Shown here piece by piece: positions 9,818 through 20,251 of a stretch of DNA of 64,000 bases (its first letter is position 1; every line of letters begins with the position of its first letter). The notes beneath the pieces were generated by a model. The model was not told where the DNA came from and did no database searches. It saw only the letters and a list, made by a program, of their open reading frames with translations. Source of the stretch: Thermoanaerobaculia bacterium. Its GTDB lineage: Bacteria > Acidobacteriota > Thermoanaerobaculia > Multivoradales > Multivoraceae. Position numbers and translations under genes: made by a program. Location of the stretch: NCBI GenBank assembly GCA_963664405.1, contig OY761158.1, positions 1,952,001 through 2,016,000 of the forward strand, in the 5' to 3' direction.

Positions 9818-12486
9818 GCCTTCGCTTCGTACCAAGTCACGCCGGCACCAGCATCTACTACCAGCGGCACGTCGAGAGTCTCGACCCCTTCCATTTCTTC
9901 TCGCACCATCGCTTCGACCTCGGCAAGGTCGCTCTCCGGCACTTCCAGAACGAGCTCGTCGTGCACGGTCAGCAGAAGGCCCGAGTCAGGAAAGTCGCGG
10001 CGAATACGGTTGTCGACAGAAACCATGGCCTTCTTCAAGAGATCGGCCGCCGTCCCCTGAATGCGGGCGTTGATCGCCATCCGCTTGGCGTTCTCGCGCA
10101 AATTCCAGTTTCTCGACTGGATGTCCGGAAACCACCGCGCTCTGCCGTACAGGGTCTCCACTCGCCCCTCGACTCGCGCGCTCTCGGTAGTGTCCTCGAT
10201 ATAGGCACGCACCGCCGGGAAGCGATCGAAGTAGGCCTCGATGAACTTCTTCGCCTCTTTCTGTTCGATGCCGAGGTTGCGAGCGAGACCGAAGGGAGAC
10301 ATGCCGTAGATGATGCCGAAGTTGATCGTCTTGGCGGCGCGACGCTGATCGGGAGTGACCAGATCTGGGGACCCACCGAAAACCAGCGCGGCGGTGGAAG
10401 AGTGGATGTCCTCGCCGCGACGAAAGGCATCGACGAGGGCACCCTCCTGGGCGATGTGGGCGAGCACCCGTAGCTCGATCTGACTGTAGTCGGCCACCAG
10501 GAGCTGCATCCCTTCGGGAGCCCGGAAAGCCCGGCGAATACGGCGCCCCGCTTCGGTGCGAACGGGAATGTTCTGCAAGTTGGGGTTAGCCGAAGAGAGC
10601 CGCCCGGTGGCGGCGACAGCCTGCTGAAAGCGTGTGTGCAAGCGACCGTCTTCGTGAACCAGCGTCGGCAACGCATCGACGTAGGTGGACTTGAGCTTGG
10701 TCTGTTCTCGAAATCGCAGAATGCGCTCCGGCAAATCGAAGCCCCTTGCCGCCAGCTCCTCCAGAGTGTCGGCGCCGGTGGAATAGCTCTTGGTCTTGCG
10801 GGTGCGGCGCAGTACAGGATAGGAGAGCTTCTCGAACATGATGACACCCAGCTGCTGGGGCGAATTGATGTTGAAGCGCTCGTCGGCGATTCTGTAGATC
10901 TCTTCCTCGAGGGCCTCGAGCTCGGCGGCGAGCTCAGTGGACATCGTGGAGAGGAACTCCACGTCGAGCAGAACACCGCGCTCCTCCATGCCGACCAGAA
11001 CGGGTAGCAGAGGTTCCTCGAATTGCTCGTAGACACGACCCGCGGCCATCGGTGGGCCGGGGTTGGACATCTCCTCTTCCAGGAGATCCAGCAGGCGGCC
11101 ACTCAGGATCACGCGCTGTGCGGCGAAGTCGAGAAGGCCTGCAGCGCCGGGCATCGGCACTTCCCCTTTGTGCCAGCCGGCTTCTCGTGCCTTGATCGGC
11201 TGGACCTGAAGCCGTTCGAGACAGACCTCACCGAAAGAGAAGTCGCGAGTAGCTGAACGCAGCAGATAGCTGAAGAGCATGGTGTCGAGCAGACGAGCCG
11301 CGACGGCGCCCTCGCAACCCGCCACCCGAAGCAGCTCCTTGAGGTCGTGTCCGACGATCTCCTTCTTCTCGTCGGCCAGCCACGACCGCACCTCCGCAAG
11401 TGCTCTTTCCTTCATACCGGGAGTGCGGAAGTCGACGATCGCAACTCCACTGACGCTGCCGTCGACGACCTGGAAGGCAAGTGCCAGGGGAGGCTCACCC
11501 AGGACCCCGACCACAACCCGCCTACCGAAAGCGGCTACCAACGCTTCGAAGTCTTCCAGGCTCTCCACCACTCGCGCCGGCTCGATCTCGATCTCGTTGG
11601 TGATCGAGCCCTCGGCCTCCATCTCCTTGAGCAGCGAGAAAAACTCCAGCTCTCGGAAGAGCTCAGCCAAAGCCTGGGGATCCGGCGCCTCACGAACCAG
11701 CTCCTTCGGTTCGAAGTCCACCGGCAGATCGGTCTCGATCGTCACCAGCTCTTTCGACAGTCGGGCGTCGTCGGCATGTTCCGTCAGGCCCTCGCGATAC
11801 GCCTTGCGCTTGATCTCGCCGGCGCGCTCGAGAAGGGTCTCGAGAGTGCCGTGTTCCCGAATCAAGTTCTTCGCCCCCTTCTCACCGATTCCCCGAACTC
11901 CCGGCACGTTGTCTACCGAGTCGCCCATCAGCGCCAGCACATCGACCACCTGATTCGGGGGGACGCCGAAGTCCTCTTCTACCAGCTTGGCATCGTAGAG
12001 CTTCTCCCGCCCGGTGTGGAGCATGAATGTCTTGGGACCTACAAGCTGCATGAGGTCCTTGTCGGCGCTCACCAAGATCACCTCGTAGCCGGCGCTAGAG
12101 GCCTTGCGCGCCAGAGTACCGAGGACGTCGTCGGCTTCGTACTTCTCGAGCTCGAGAATCGGGATTCTGAAGGCCTCGAGAGCCTTGCGCACCAGGGGTA
12201 GCTGCGAGCGTAGATCATCCGGCATCGGCTTGCGATTAGCCTTGTAGTCTTCGTAGCGCTCTTTGCGGAAGGTCTTGCTCGAGACGTCCCAGGCCACTCC
12301 GACATACTCCGGTGTGTGCTCGCGCAGCAGCTTGCGCAGCATGTTGATGAACCCATAGACGGCGTTGGTGGCCTCGCCACGCGAGTTGGAGAGCCCGGGA
12401 ATGGCGTAGAAGGCCCGAAAGAGGACGGAGTATCCGTCGATGAGAAAGAGGCGTGCGGGGGCCGACGCGGGTTCGCCGCTACTCAT
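9814..12486 (-). CDS. polA: DNA polymerase I
   Basis: 5'-3' exonuclease LIDGYS, YEADDV, GDSVDNVPGV; polymerase TGRLSSANPNLQNIP, ADYSQIELR, RRAAKTINFGIIYG, VHDELV. Confidence 0.98.
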   Translation of the reverse strand: MSSGEPASAPARLFLIDGYSVLFRAFYAIPGLSNSRGEATNAVYGFINMLRKLLREHTPEYVGVAWDVSSKTFRKERYEDYKANRKPMPDDLRSQLPLVRKALEAFRIPILELEKYEADDVLGTLARKASSAGYEVILVSADKDLMQLVGPKTFMLHTGREKLYDAKLVEEDFGVPPNQVVDVLALMGDSVDNVPGVRGIGEKGAKNLIREHGTLETLLERAGEIKRKAYREGLTEHADDARLSKELVTIETDLPVDFEPKELVREAPDPQALAELFRELEFFSLLKEMEAEGSITNEIEIEPARVVESLEDFEALVAAFGRRVVVGVLGEPPLALAFQVVDGSVSGVAIVDFRTPGMKERALAEVRSWLADEKKEIVGHDLKELLRVAGCEGAVAARLLDTMLFSYLLRSATRDFSFGEVCLERLQVQPIKAREAGWHKGEVPMPGAAGLLDFAAQRVILSGRLLDLLEEEMSNPGPPMAAGRVYEQFEEPLLPVLVGMEERGVLLDVEFLSTMSTELAAELEALEEEIYRIADERFNINSPQQLGVIMFEKLSYPVLRRTRKTKSYSTGADTLEELAARGFDLPERILRFREQTKLKSTYVDALPTLVHEDGRLHTRFQQAVAATGRLSSANPNLQNIPVRTEAGRRIRRAFRAPEGMQLLVADYSQIELRVLAHIAQEGALVDAFRRGEDIHSSTAALVFGGSPDLVTPDQRRAAKTINFGIIYGMSPFGLARNLGIEQKEAKKFIEAYFDRFPAVRAYIEDTTESARVEGRVETLYGRARWFPDIQSRNWNLRENAKRMAINARIQGTAADLLKKAMVSVDNRIRRDFPDSGLLLTVHDELVLEVPESDLAEVEAMVREEMEGVETLDVPLVVDAGAGVTWYEAKA

Positions 12487-12925
12487 TCTCGTCGGGGCTG
12501 ATGCCCATCTTCGCCATCAGCTCGGCCTCGGTCACTCGCGGCTCATCGCCGGCGAACTGATAGCGAGCCGGCTGCGCGTCGACATAGATATGACGGTCCA
12601 AAACCAGGTCGTCGGCCTCGTCCAGGGCCTCCGAAGAAACCGCCATATCCTGCTCCGGGTGCGCCGCCTGCCGCCAGAAGAGGCTCGTACCACACAGCGA
12701 GCAGAAGCCGCGCTGGGCCCAGGCGGAGCCTTGATACCAGGTCAGGCCCTCTTCGCGGAAAAATCTCAGCTGATCGCCGCGCGTGTGCACAGTCATGAAC
12801 GGCCCAGCGGACCATTTTCGACACATACCGCAGTGACAGATCGCGAACTTCGCCTCGGGAACTGCTACCTCGAATCGGACCGCTCCGCACAGGCATCCTC
12901 CGCTCCGGGTTGTGGGCTCCGTCAT
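12479..12925 (-). CDS. GFA family (glutathione-dependent formaldehyde-activating-like) protein
   Basis: GGCLCGAVRF, CHCGMCRK, RGFCSLCGTSL. Confidence 0.9.
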   Translation of the reverse strand: MTEPTTRSGGCLCGAVRFEVAVPEAKFAICHCGMCRKWSAGPFMTVHTRGDQLRFFREEGLTWYQGSAWAQRGFCSLCGTSLFWRQAAHPEQDMAVSSEALDEADDLVLDRHIYVDAQPARYQFAGDEPRVTEAELMAKMGISPDENE

Positions 12926-12959
12926 CTCATCCTCCTTCGGTAGGGAGAGGGTACCAGCC

Positions 12960-13450
12960 CTAGGCTCCAGAAATGATGGCTATCATTTCCTCCGCCTAGT
13001 TGTCTTTTGGCGCCGAGGACGGCGCACTCAGGCGTTGCTTCCTATTCGCTTCGGGAAACGGCTCAGAACGAATACTCGGACACGCTCCTAGGCTCCAGAA
13101 ATGATGGCTATCATTTCCTCCGCCTAGTTGTCTTTTGGCGCCGAGGACGGCGCACTCAGGCGTTGCTTCCTATTCGCTTCGGGAAACGGCTCAGAACGAA
13201 TACTCGGACACGCTCCTAGGCTCCAGAAATGATGGCTATCATTTCCTCCGCCTAGTTGTCTTTTGGCGCCGAGGACGGCGCACTCAGGCGTTGCTTCCTA
13301 TTCGCTCACGGAAACGGCTCAGGACGAATACTCGGACACGCTCCTAGCTTTCGAAAATGATGAATATCATTTCCGAAAGCTAGTTGCCCTCTAGCGCCGA
13401 GGACGGCGCACTTCGCCGATGCTTCCTATTCGCTCCGGGAACCCCTCAGA
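12960..13450. repeat. Tandem array of four 128-bp structured units (starts 12960, 13088, 13216, 13344)
   Basis: Units 1-2 identical, unit 3 has a few substitutions, unit 4 diverged; each begins with a 40-bp CTAG...CTAG hairpin and contains GCGCCG-AGGA-CGGCGC. Confidence 0.95.
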
Positions 13451-13637
13451 CCGACTCTCCGCCGGTCGTCGTCGAAGAACCAAGACACGTAGTCCCCAGC
13501 TTCGTTTCCTAGGGCGAAGGCTCCTAGCGCGACTGGAATCCCGAGAACCGCAACGACTTTGCATTCTTCATCAGGCACTTACAAAGATCTTACAAAACCG
13601 GCGAATGTTCAGCGAGTGCCCGCGGTTGCTCGTAACA

Positions 13638-16183
13638 ATGACCAGCACCCAGCGGCGGCTCTTGCACTGCATTCCCGCCTTTCTATACCTAGCCTTCTCA
13701 ACCAACCCTGCGGCGACTCAGTCGCTACCTTCGGTTCCAGTGCCGGCGGAGAACCCCATTACCGAAGAGAAACGCATCCTCGGCAAGATCTTGTTCTGGG
13801 AAGAGCAGCTCTCAAGTGACAACTCCACCGCGTGTGGAAGCTGCCACATCCCGTCGGTGGGAGGCACCGACCCGCGAACGCCTTCGCATCCCGGGCCCGA
13901 CCAGGTCTTCGGCACTGACGATGATGTGATCGGCTCCCGCGGGGTTCGCCGCTCGGACTCGGAGAACGAGCGAACAGAAGACCCGGTTTTCGGCACGGCC
14001 TCCCAGGTCACCCGGCGCGCCGCACCCTCATTCTTTGGCATGTCCGCCTTTGCGCCAGATCTGTTTTGGGACGGCCGCGCCTCCTCGAGGTTCGTCGATC
14101 CGGAAACCGGAGCCGTCAGCATAGCCGCCGGCGGCGCCCTCGAGAGCCAAGCCATCGCACCGATCCTGAGTGACGTCGAGATGGCGAAGGAGGGTCGCGA
14201 CTGGGACGACGTGCGGCTGAAGCTCGAGGAGGCAGTGCCGCTAGCGCTCGCGACGAACCTGCCCGCGGACACGGCCGCTGCTCTAGTGGTCACTGAGACA
14301 TACCCTGAGCTCTTCGACCGGGCGTTCGGAGATTCCAGGATCACCGCCGAGCGTATTGCCTTTGCTATCGCCACCTACGAACGGACCCTGATCCCCGACC
14401 AGACACCCTGGGACCGCTTCGTCGCTGGGGACGAGAGCGCGCTCTCGGAGCAGCAGCAGATTGGGTGGGAGAACATTCAGGAGCATACGGTCTGCCTGAA
14501 CTGTCACCAGCCGCCTCAGTTTACCGACCACCTCTTCCACAACATCGGGCTACCTCCCGCGGGGGAGGACCTCGGACGCCAAGAGGTAACGAACGACGGT
14601 GAGAGTGAGCACGATAATCGATGGCGGTCCGATCACGATAAGTGATGGTCGCGTAGCCTTTTGAAGGACTTAGCCGAAGCTGCGTTTCGCTGCCACTTGC
14701 CTCAGACGGTCTTGTTCACAGTATTTGATGGCGATTCGAGGAAACCCGATCACGTTGTCTGGTGGGAATGGGTGTTCCGTTCAAGGTATCTGAGGGCGCA
14801 ACCAGGGGCCCAAGCGCGATGGAAGCTCGGCGAACCGCCTCGATCGCCCATCAGATAGCGTGCCGTTCATCCCATCGCTGCGTGTCAGCCCTCGTTCAGC
14901 GTGATCAGCGAAAGAACAAGTATGGACTGCGCGTCAGGCCCCGACGGCCCGCCTTCGGCGGGGATGATGCCGACGGACCTAGTCTTGAGCACACTACTTG
15001 AGGGACCAAACACCCTTCCCTCACCTACCGTGCTCAGAATGGCCAACATTCCCATCGATTATCGTGCTCACTCTCAGACGGCAACGACGGTGGGAGGTTC
15101 AAGACCCCCAGCCTTCGCACCAGCGGGCTCAAGCCCGCAATGATGCATGTCGGGTGGATCTTCGACGTCGAAGACTCGATCGCGTTCTACAACGCCGGAT
15201 CCGGCAATGAGGCCACCCGGCACGTCCAGTTCACTGCAGACCAAAGCGGCATTCCAACAGCCAACCCGGGAGTCTTCGCAAATTACGCCCAGCTCTTCAT
15301 GCCGGAACAGACGCAAGGAGGCCAGATCTTTCGTAGCACGGTCGTCGACTTCATCGTCAACGGCTTGACCGATGCTCGGGTGGCCAATGAGGAATTCCCC
15401 TTTGACCGGCCGACCTTGCGTGGCGCCCAGGGGTTGTGTGACGACGGCCTCGACAACGATGAAGACGGCCTGTTCGACTTCCCTGATGACCCCGGCTGCA
15501 ACTCTCCCGAGGACAACGGAGAAGGCCGGGATAGCACCGCGCCACCCGCCATTCCCGAGTCTCCAAGCAACCTACTGGCCGTCGCTACCAGCGTGTCCAC
15601 CATCGAGCTGACCTGGAACGACAACTCCGAAACCGAAGAGAGCTTTGTCATCGACCGCCGGCCTGCCGGCGGCGCCTTCTCCATGAGGGCTACTGTCCTT
15701 GCCAACGTCACCACCTTCTCAGATGCCGGACTTCCCGCGGGATCTAGCTTCGAGTACCGCGTTGCCGCTTCGAGCTCGGCCGGCGACTCGGCGCCCTCCA
15801 ACGTGGCGAGCGCAACGACCCTCGAGCCGTTCGACTGCGCAGAGCATGAGGCCACACTCTGTCTCAACCAGGGGCGCTTCCAGGTCGTAGTGGAGTGGCG
15901 CGATTTCCAAAGCGGCACCGGCAGCGGTCAGGTTGTTCTCAGCTCGTCGGACTCCGGACTGTTCTGGTTCTTCAGTCCCGACAACTGGGAAATGATGGTC
16001 AAGGCCCTGGACGGCTGTGGCCTCAACGATCACTTCTGGGTGTTCGCGAGCGCTACCACCAACGTCGAGTACACCCTGCGTGTCACCGACACCGAAACGG
16101 GGTTGACGAAGGAGTACACCAACCCCCTCGGTACCGCCGCCCCGGCAATCACCGATACAGCCGCATTCGCCACCTGCCCCTGA
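13638..16183 (+). pseudogene. Secreted di-heme cytochrome c peroxidase/MauG-like protein with FN3 and C-terminal repeated domain, interrupted by a 477-bp element
   Basis: CGSCH and CLNCH heme motifs, ENPITEEK..LGKILFWE, LFWDGRA; removing 14600-15081 restores QEVTNDG-NDGGRFKTPSLR in frame with ORF 15140-16183; start could be 13605. Confidence 0.88.
14600..15076. mobile_element. Non-autonomous IS21-like element (MITE), 477 bp
   Basis: Perfect 25-bp inverted repeats TGAGAGTGAGCACGATAATCGATGG; TG..CA ends; 5-bp target duplication GACGG (14595-14599, 15077-15081); subterminal repeats at 14634-14648 and 15021-15035; no transposase. Confidence 0.92.
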
Positions 16184-16200
16184 GTACGCTGGAGAATACG

Positions 16201-17499
16201 ATGACGAAACGGCCTGCGACGATTCTCTTTGCCTGCCTAGGCTTGCTTCTCCGGCCCGACCTGGCGGACAGCCAGCTCAGCTTCGACGGAATTGACGACC
16301 GCGTGACCGTTCCTTACGACAGTTCCTTTCCGACCGAGGTCTTCACTATCGCGGCGTGGATCAAGCTCGCATCACCTTCGGGAAGGGCCGCAATCATCGC
16401 GAGGGGCGAGGACGACAACTCTTTCAACCTTTCGTGGCATCTCTATGTGCTTGCCGACGGGACCCTCGAGATCATGCTGGAGGACACGGGCGAGGACAAC
16501 CACTGCTACCCCCGGACCTGTATGGGGCAGCCCCAGGCCTCTTGCGTCACGGGAGATCTCTTCGTCGCCGACAACACCTGGCGCCACGTCGCCGCTACGT
16601 GCGACGCCACAGGAGCCCTGGCACTCTACGTAGATGGGCAGTCCCGTACTACTTGCACCGGAACCGGCGTTCCTTCCTCGAACAACTTTCAAGATCTGAC
16701 CATCGGCAGCACCCATGGTTCGATCGGTCCACTTCCACCCGGTGGCACCGAACCGCCGATCTGGTTCTTTCCCGGACTGATCGATGATCCCGCGATGTGG
16801 AGTGTCTCGCTCAGCGCGCCGCAGATCGGCAACGTCCACGCCAATGGCGTCACCTCGACGCCATCTGGCCTCGCCGGCTACTGGAATCTGGACGAAGGCA
16901 CCGCTCAGCTCGTCGCCGACAGCTCGCCGGCGGGCAACTCCGGTTTCCTTGGCGCCGTCAACAGCCCGGACGACGCGGATCCAGCCTGGATCAGCGACTC
17001 GCCAGCCGGGACGCCGACACCGCCGGCAACGCCAACGCCATCACCAACACCGACACCGACACCGACACCGACAGATCCGACTCCAACACCAACCTCGACT
17101 CCACAACCGCCGGATCCGACACCGACACCAACACCGTACGTTCCCGTGGATTGTGCCGCTAGCCAAGAGACTCTCTGTCTCAACCAAGAGCGGTTCCAGG
17201 TCGAGGTCGAGTGGCGGGACTTCAAAGACAGGACAGGCACCGGTCAGGCGGTCGTCAACTCACAAGACTCGGGTCTGTTCTGGTTCTTCAATCCCGACAA
17301 CTGGGAATTGATGGTCAAGGTTCTCGACGGCTGCGGTATCAACGACCGCTACTGGGTCTTCGCCAGCGCGACGACCAACGTCGAGTACACCCTGCGCGTC
17401 ATCGACAGCGACACGGGATTGATGCAGGAGTACTCCAACCCACTCGGTACCGCTGCACGGGCGATCACCGATACAGCCGCCTTCGCCACCTGCCCCTGA
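16201..17499 (+). CDS. Secreted LamG-like jellyroll protein with Pro/Thr linker and C-terminal repeated domain
   Basis: Signal peptide after GGAG RBS; LSFDGIDDRV, FTIAAWIK, WRHVAAT, LYVDG, GYWNLDEG; PT repeats. Confidence 0.85.
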   Translation: MTKRPATILFACLGLLLRPDLADSQLSFDGIDDRVTVPYDSSFPTEVFTIAAWIKLASPSGRAAIIARGEDDNSFNLSWHLYVLADGTLEIMLEDTGEDNHCYPRTCMGQPQASCVTGDLFVADNTWRHVAATCDATGALALYVDGQSRTTCTGTGVPSSNNFQDLTIGSTHGSIGPLPPGGTEPPIWFFPGLIDDPAMWSVSLSAPQIGNVHANGVTSTPSGLAGYWNLDEGTAQLVADSSPAGNSGFLGAVNSPDDADPAWISDSPAGTPTPPATPTPSPTPTPTPTPTDPTPTPTSTPQPPDPTPTPTPYVPVDCAASQETLCLNQERFQVEVEWRDFKDRTGTGQAVVNSQDSGLFWFFNPDNWELMVKVLDGCGINDRYWVFASATTNVEYTLRVIDSDTGLMQEYSNPLGTAARAITDTAAFATCP

Positions 17500-17526
17500 G
17501 CGAAATGGGGAAGCGGTCCGGTGGCG

Positions 17527-17991
17527 TCAGCCGGCTCCGCTAGCGGCTTCCTGGGCAGCGGGGACATCGACGACGAGATAAGCGCCCTCCTGCGAGACCG
17601 GATAGGTCTCCGCCTCGTAGGGCCCCTTGACCATACCCGGGGCCGGCGGATCGAGCTCGTCGCCGGCAAGCACAGAGACCTCGTAGCGGCGAACGGCCAG
17701 GCGCTCGGGCGCACACCACGATTGACCGGTGCGAACATGAAACTCCCAGCCATGCCAGGGGCAGGTCAGAATCTCCCGCTTGGGCTCGTACTCGAACTCG
17801 CCAGGAGATTCGGAGCGCAGCGCGCCCCAAAGTCTGCCCTGGCACAAGAGGCCCCCCTGATGCGGACAGCGATTGCGCAGAGCGAAGAATTCACCGGCGA
17901 CGTTGAAGACGCCGATCGAGCGGCCCGCAACACTCACGATCTTGCGCTCCCCCGGCTCGATCTCGTCGACGGCGGCTACGACGAACTTCAA
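17527..17991 (-). CDS. Rieske [2Fe-2S] ferredoxin
   Basis: NRCPHQGG and CPWHGWEF motifs. Confidence 0.93.
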   Translation of the reverse strand: MKFVVAAVDEIEPGERKIVSVAGRSIGVFNVAGEFFALRNRCPHQGGLLCQGRLWGALRSESPGEFEYEPKREILTCPWHGWEFHVRTGQSWCAPERLAVRRYEVSVLAGDELDPPAPGMVKGPYEAETYPVSQEGAYLVVDVPAAQEAASGAG

Positions 17992-18019
17992 CTGGGTCCC
18001 CTATCGCGGCAACCCAAGG

Positions 18020-19111
18020 CTACAGGCCGTACAGCGCACGGGCATTGTCGAAGCGAATTCCGCGCTTGACCTCCTCCGAAAGGACGCTCGGCAGAACCAT
18101 GTCGGGGTTGTCGCCGTCCCAGTGCGGGTAGTCGCTCGCCATCATCAAGTGATCGGCCATGTTGCCGAAGTGCTCGAGCAGGTGCACGAAGTCATCCGTT
18201 CGTGGCGGCTCCTCCACCGGCTGGGTGCTCACGTAAAGGTGCTCTTGGATCAATTCCGATGGCAGCCGGTCGAGATGAGGAGCCTCAGCACGTAAGAGCT
18301 TCCAAGCTGCGTCGAGCCGCCACATCAGCGGCGGTATCCAGCCGAAGCCGTTCTCGACCGAGATCAACTTCAGGTCCGGGAAGCGATCGAAGACCCCTTC
18401 GACCACGAGGCTGGTGACGTTCGCCTGCACCGCCTGCGGCGGCCCGGTGTGGTCTTCGATGTAGTACGACGCGTGTCCGGCACCGGTGATCGGATGGCCG
18501 TAGGCTCCGAAGGCGTGACTGGCGATGTGCAGCCCGCCCTCGGCACAGGCCTCGTAGAGCGGCCAATACTTTCGCCGCCCCATCGGCTCCTGGAGCCGGC
18601 CCATGAACAGCACCTGGACGAAGCGGGGGTCGTTCGAGCGTTGGCGAATCTCTGCCACGGCCGCCTCGGGATTCTCCGGAGTCACCACGACCGAGGCGCG
18701 GAGCCTCGGCTCAGGCTCGAGCCATTCGGCGACCTGCCAATCATTGGCTGCCGTTGCCAGGGCCGCACCGAGCTCGAGGTTGAGGGCCGCCGCCGCCCCC
18801 GTCAGCGGGTTGAGAACTGCATAGGCGACGTTGTAGGGATCGAGGAAGTCCTCGCGCATGAAGCCGACCTCGGACCCGGGGGTGCGACCTGAAGGCGGGC
18901 GCGCCGCCTCACGATGGCCCATAAAGCGCGGGTAGTAGGAGCCGTTCGGAGAGCGCAGGCCGAAGGTGTCGAGGTGACTGCGCCAGCGCTCGGACAGATA
19001 GGGATAAAGGTCTTTGATCGAGTCGAGCTCGTTGTGGAGGTCGCAGTCGATGATCGCAGGGCGAGCCTGCGGAGCGCTCTTCTCGGTGGGGGCAGCTACG
19101 GTCTCGATCAT
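18020..19111 (-). CDS. Amidohydrolase_2-fold protein, putative dinuclear-metal oxygenase subunit
   Basis: IIDCDLH, NDWQVAEWL, EGVFDRFPDLK..VENGFGW, TQPVEEP, ASDYPHWD. Confidence 0.85.
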   Translation of the reverse strand: MIETVAAPTEKSAPQARPAIIDCDLHNELDSIKDLYPYLSERWRSHLDTFGLRSPNGSYYPRFMGHREAARPPSGRTPGSEVGFMREDFLDPYNVAYAVLNPLTGAAAALNLELGAALATAANDWQVAEWLEPEPRLRASVVVTPENPEAAVAEIRQRSNDPRFVQVLFMGRLQEPMGRRKYWPLYEACAEGGLHIASHAFGAYGHPITGAGHASYYIEDHTGPPQAVQANVTSLVVEGVFDRFPDLKLISVENGFGWIPPLMWRLDAAWKLLRAEAPHLDRLPSELIQEHLYVSTQPVEEPPRTDDFVHLLEHFGNMADHLMMASDYPHWDGDNPDMVLPSVLSEEVKRGIRFDNARALYGL

Positions 19112-19153
19112 GCTTTGGCCTCCTGCACCTGCTCACGGGATTCTGCCGACACT

Positions 19154-20197
19154 TCAGAGTTTGTAGAAGGTGCGCGCATTCTCGCTCCTGATCTTATCCT
19201 GCAACGATTGCGGTAGATGATCGAGAAGCGCCTCCTCGACATCGAACGCGTGTACGTGAGGGTAGTCGCTGGTGTAGAGCAGCATCTCTTCACTGCCCAG
19301 CTGGTCGACGACTTCGAGCAGTTGGCTCGCTTGCGGCGGTGGATCGAGCGGCTGGATTCCCACTCGGACATGCTCGCGAACGTACTCCGACGGCGGCCGT
19401 CTCACCCACGGCACCAGACGGCGAAGATTCCGCCACTCTTTGTCCATACGCCACATATGCGTCGGCAGCCAGGTGAACCCCGACTCCAGGAAAGCGACCC
19501 GCAAACCAGGGTGAGCGTCGAACACGCCCTCGACGATCATGCTGGTGAGCTGGGTGGCGAAGACCTGCGCCATCGCCGTGTACTCCTCCAAGAAATAGGT
19601 CGGCCAGCCGGTAGGCGTCGGCGGCATCACCGGCGCACCGCCGAAGTGAATACCCGCGACCAGCCCACTGCGCTCGATCGCCTCCCACAGCGGCCGAAAC
19701 AGCCGGCTTCCCAGCGGATGCTCAGTACGGACGGGCAGGAGCACCTGAACGAACCCCGGGTGCTCGGCGACGCGCTCGATCTCGGCCACCGCGAGCTCGG
19801 GGATCTGGATCGGCACCACGATCGAGCCTCGGAGGCGCGGCTCGGGCTCGAGCCATTCCTGGATCTGCCAATCGTTGACCGCGGTCGCAAGCGCTACCGC
19901 GACATCGGGGTTGTGAACACCGTCGACGGCGTAGAGGCAGCTTGCGATCGCGACTTCGGCGCCGGACCCATCGAGCACGCTTCGCAGCCGATCCAGGCCC
20001 GAGGCGGGGCCGTTGTCCCCGCCCTCATCGCTCCTGCCTCGTCCCGAGATCGGAGCACGAGGAGGGTAATACTGCTGCGACGGCCCGCGGTCCACTGTGT
20101 TGGTGAAGTGCTCGATCCAGTGCCCGGGTAGGTACGGAAAGAGCTCCTTCACCGGCGGGGTGTCGATGTGGATGTCGGCGTCGATGAGAGGTGACAT
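19154..20197 (-). CDS. Amidohydrolase_2-fold protein, partner subunit
   Basis: LIDADIH, NDWQIQEWL, GIHFGG, EGVFD.HPGLR..ESGFTW, YTSDYPH. Confidence 0.85.
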   Translation of the reverse strand: MSPLIDADIHIDTPPVKELFPYLPGHWIEHFTNTVDRGPSQQYYPPRAPISGRGRSDEGGDNGPASGLDRLRSVLDGSGAEVAIASCLYAVDGVHNPDVAVALATAVNDWQIQEWLEPEPRLRGSIVVPIQIPELAVAEIERVAEHPGFVQVLLPVRTEHPLGSRLFRPLWEAIERSGLVAGIHFGGAPVMPPTPTGWPTYFLEEYTAMAQVFATQLTSMIVEGVFDAHPGLRVAFLESGFTWLPTHMWRMDKEWRNLRRLVPWVRRPPSEYVREHVRVGIQPLDPPPQASQLLEVVDQLGSEEMLLYTSDYPHVHAFDVEEALLDHLPQSLQDKIRSENARTFYKL

Positions 20198-20251
20198 GAT
20201 TAATCTTACGCTGCCGTAGAGATTAACCATGCTATCGCCGTCTGCCATCTA

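Noticed and set aside
13007-13347. Repeated 70-aa ORFs (MAPRTAHSG...)
   Set aside because: By-product of the tandem repeat; 128 is not a multiple of 3 and there is no RBS
12960-13450. CRISPR array
   Set aside because: Whole 128-bp units are repeated with no unique spacers, and no cas genes are present
14600-15076. Intron or intein in the peroxidase gene
   Set aside because: Inverted repeats plus a target duplication indicate DNA transposition; the frame hits a stop at 14645
17009-17136. Short tandem DNA repeat
   Set aside because: Simply encodes the Pro/Thr linker of the LamG protein
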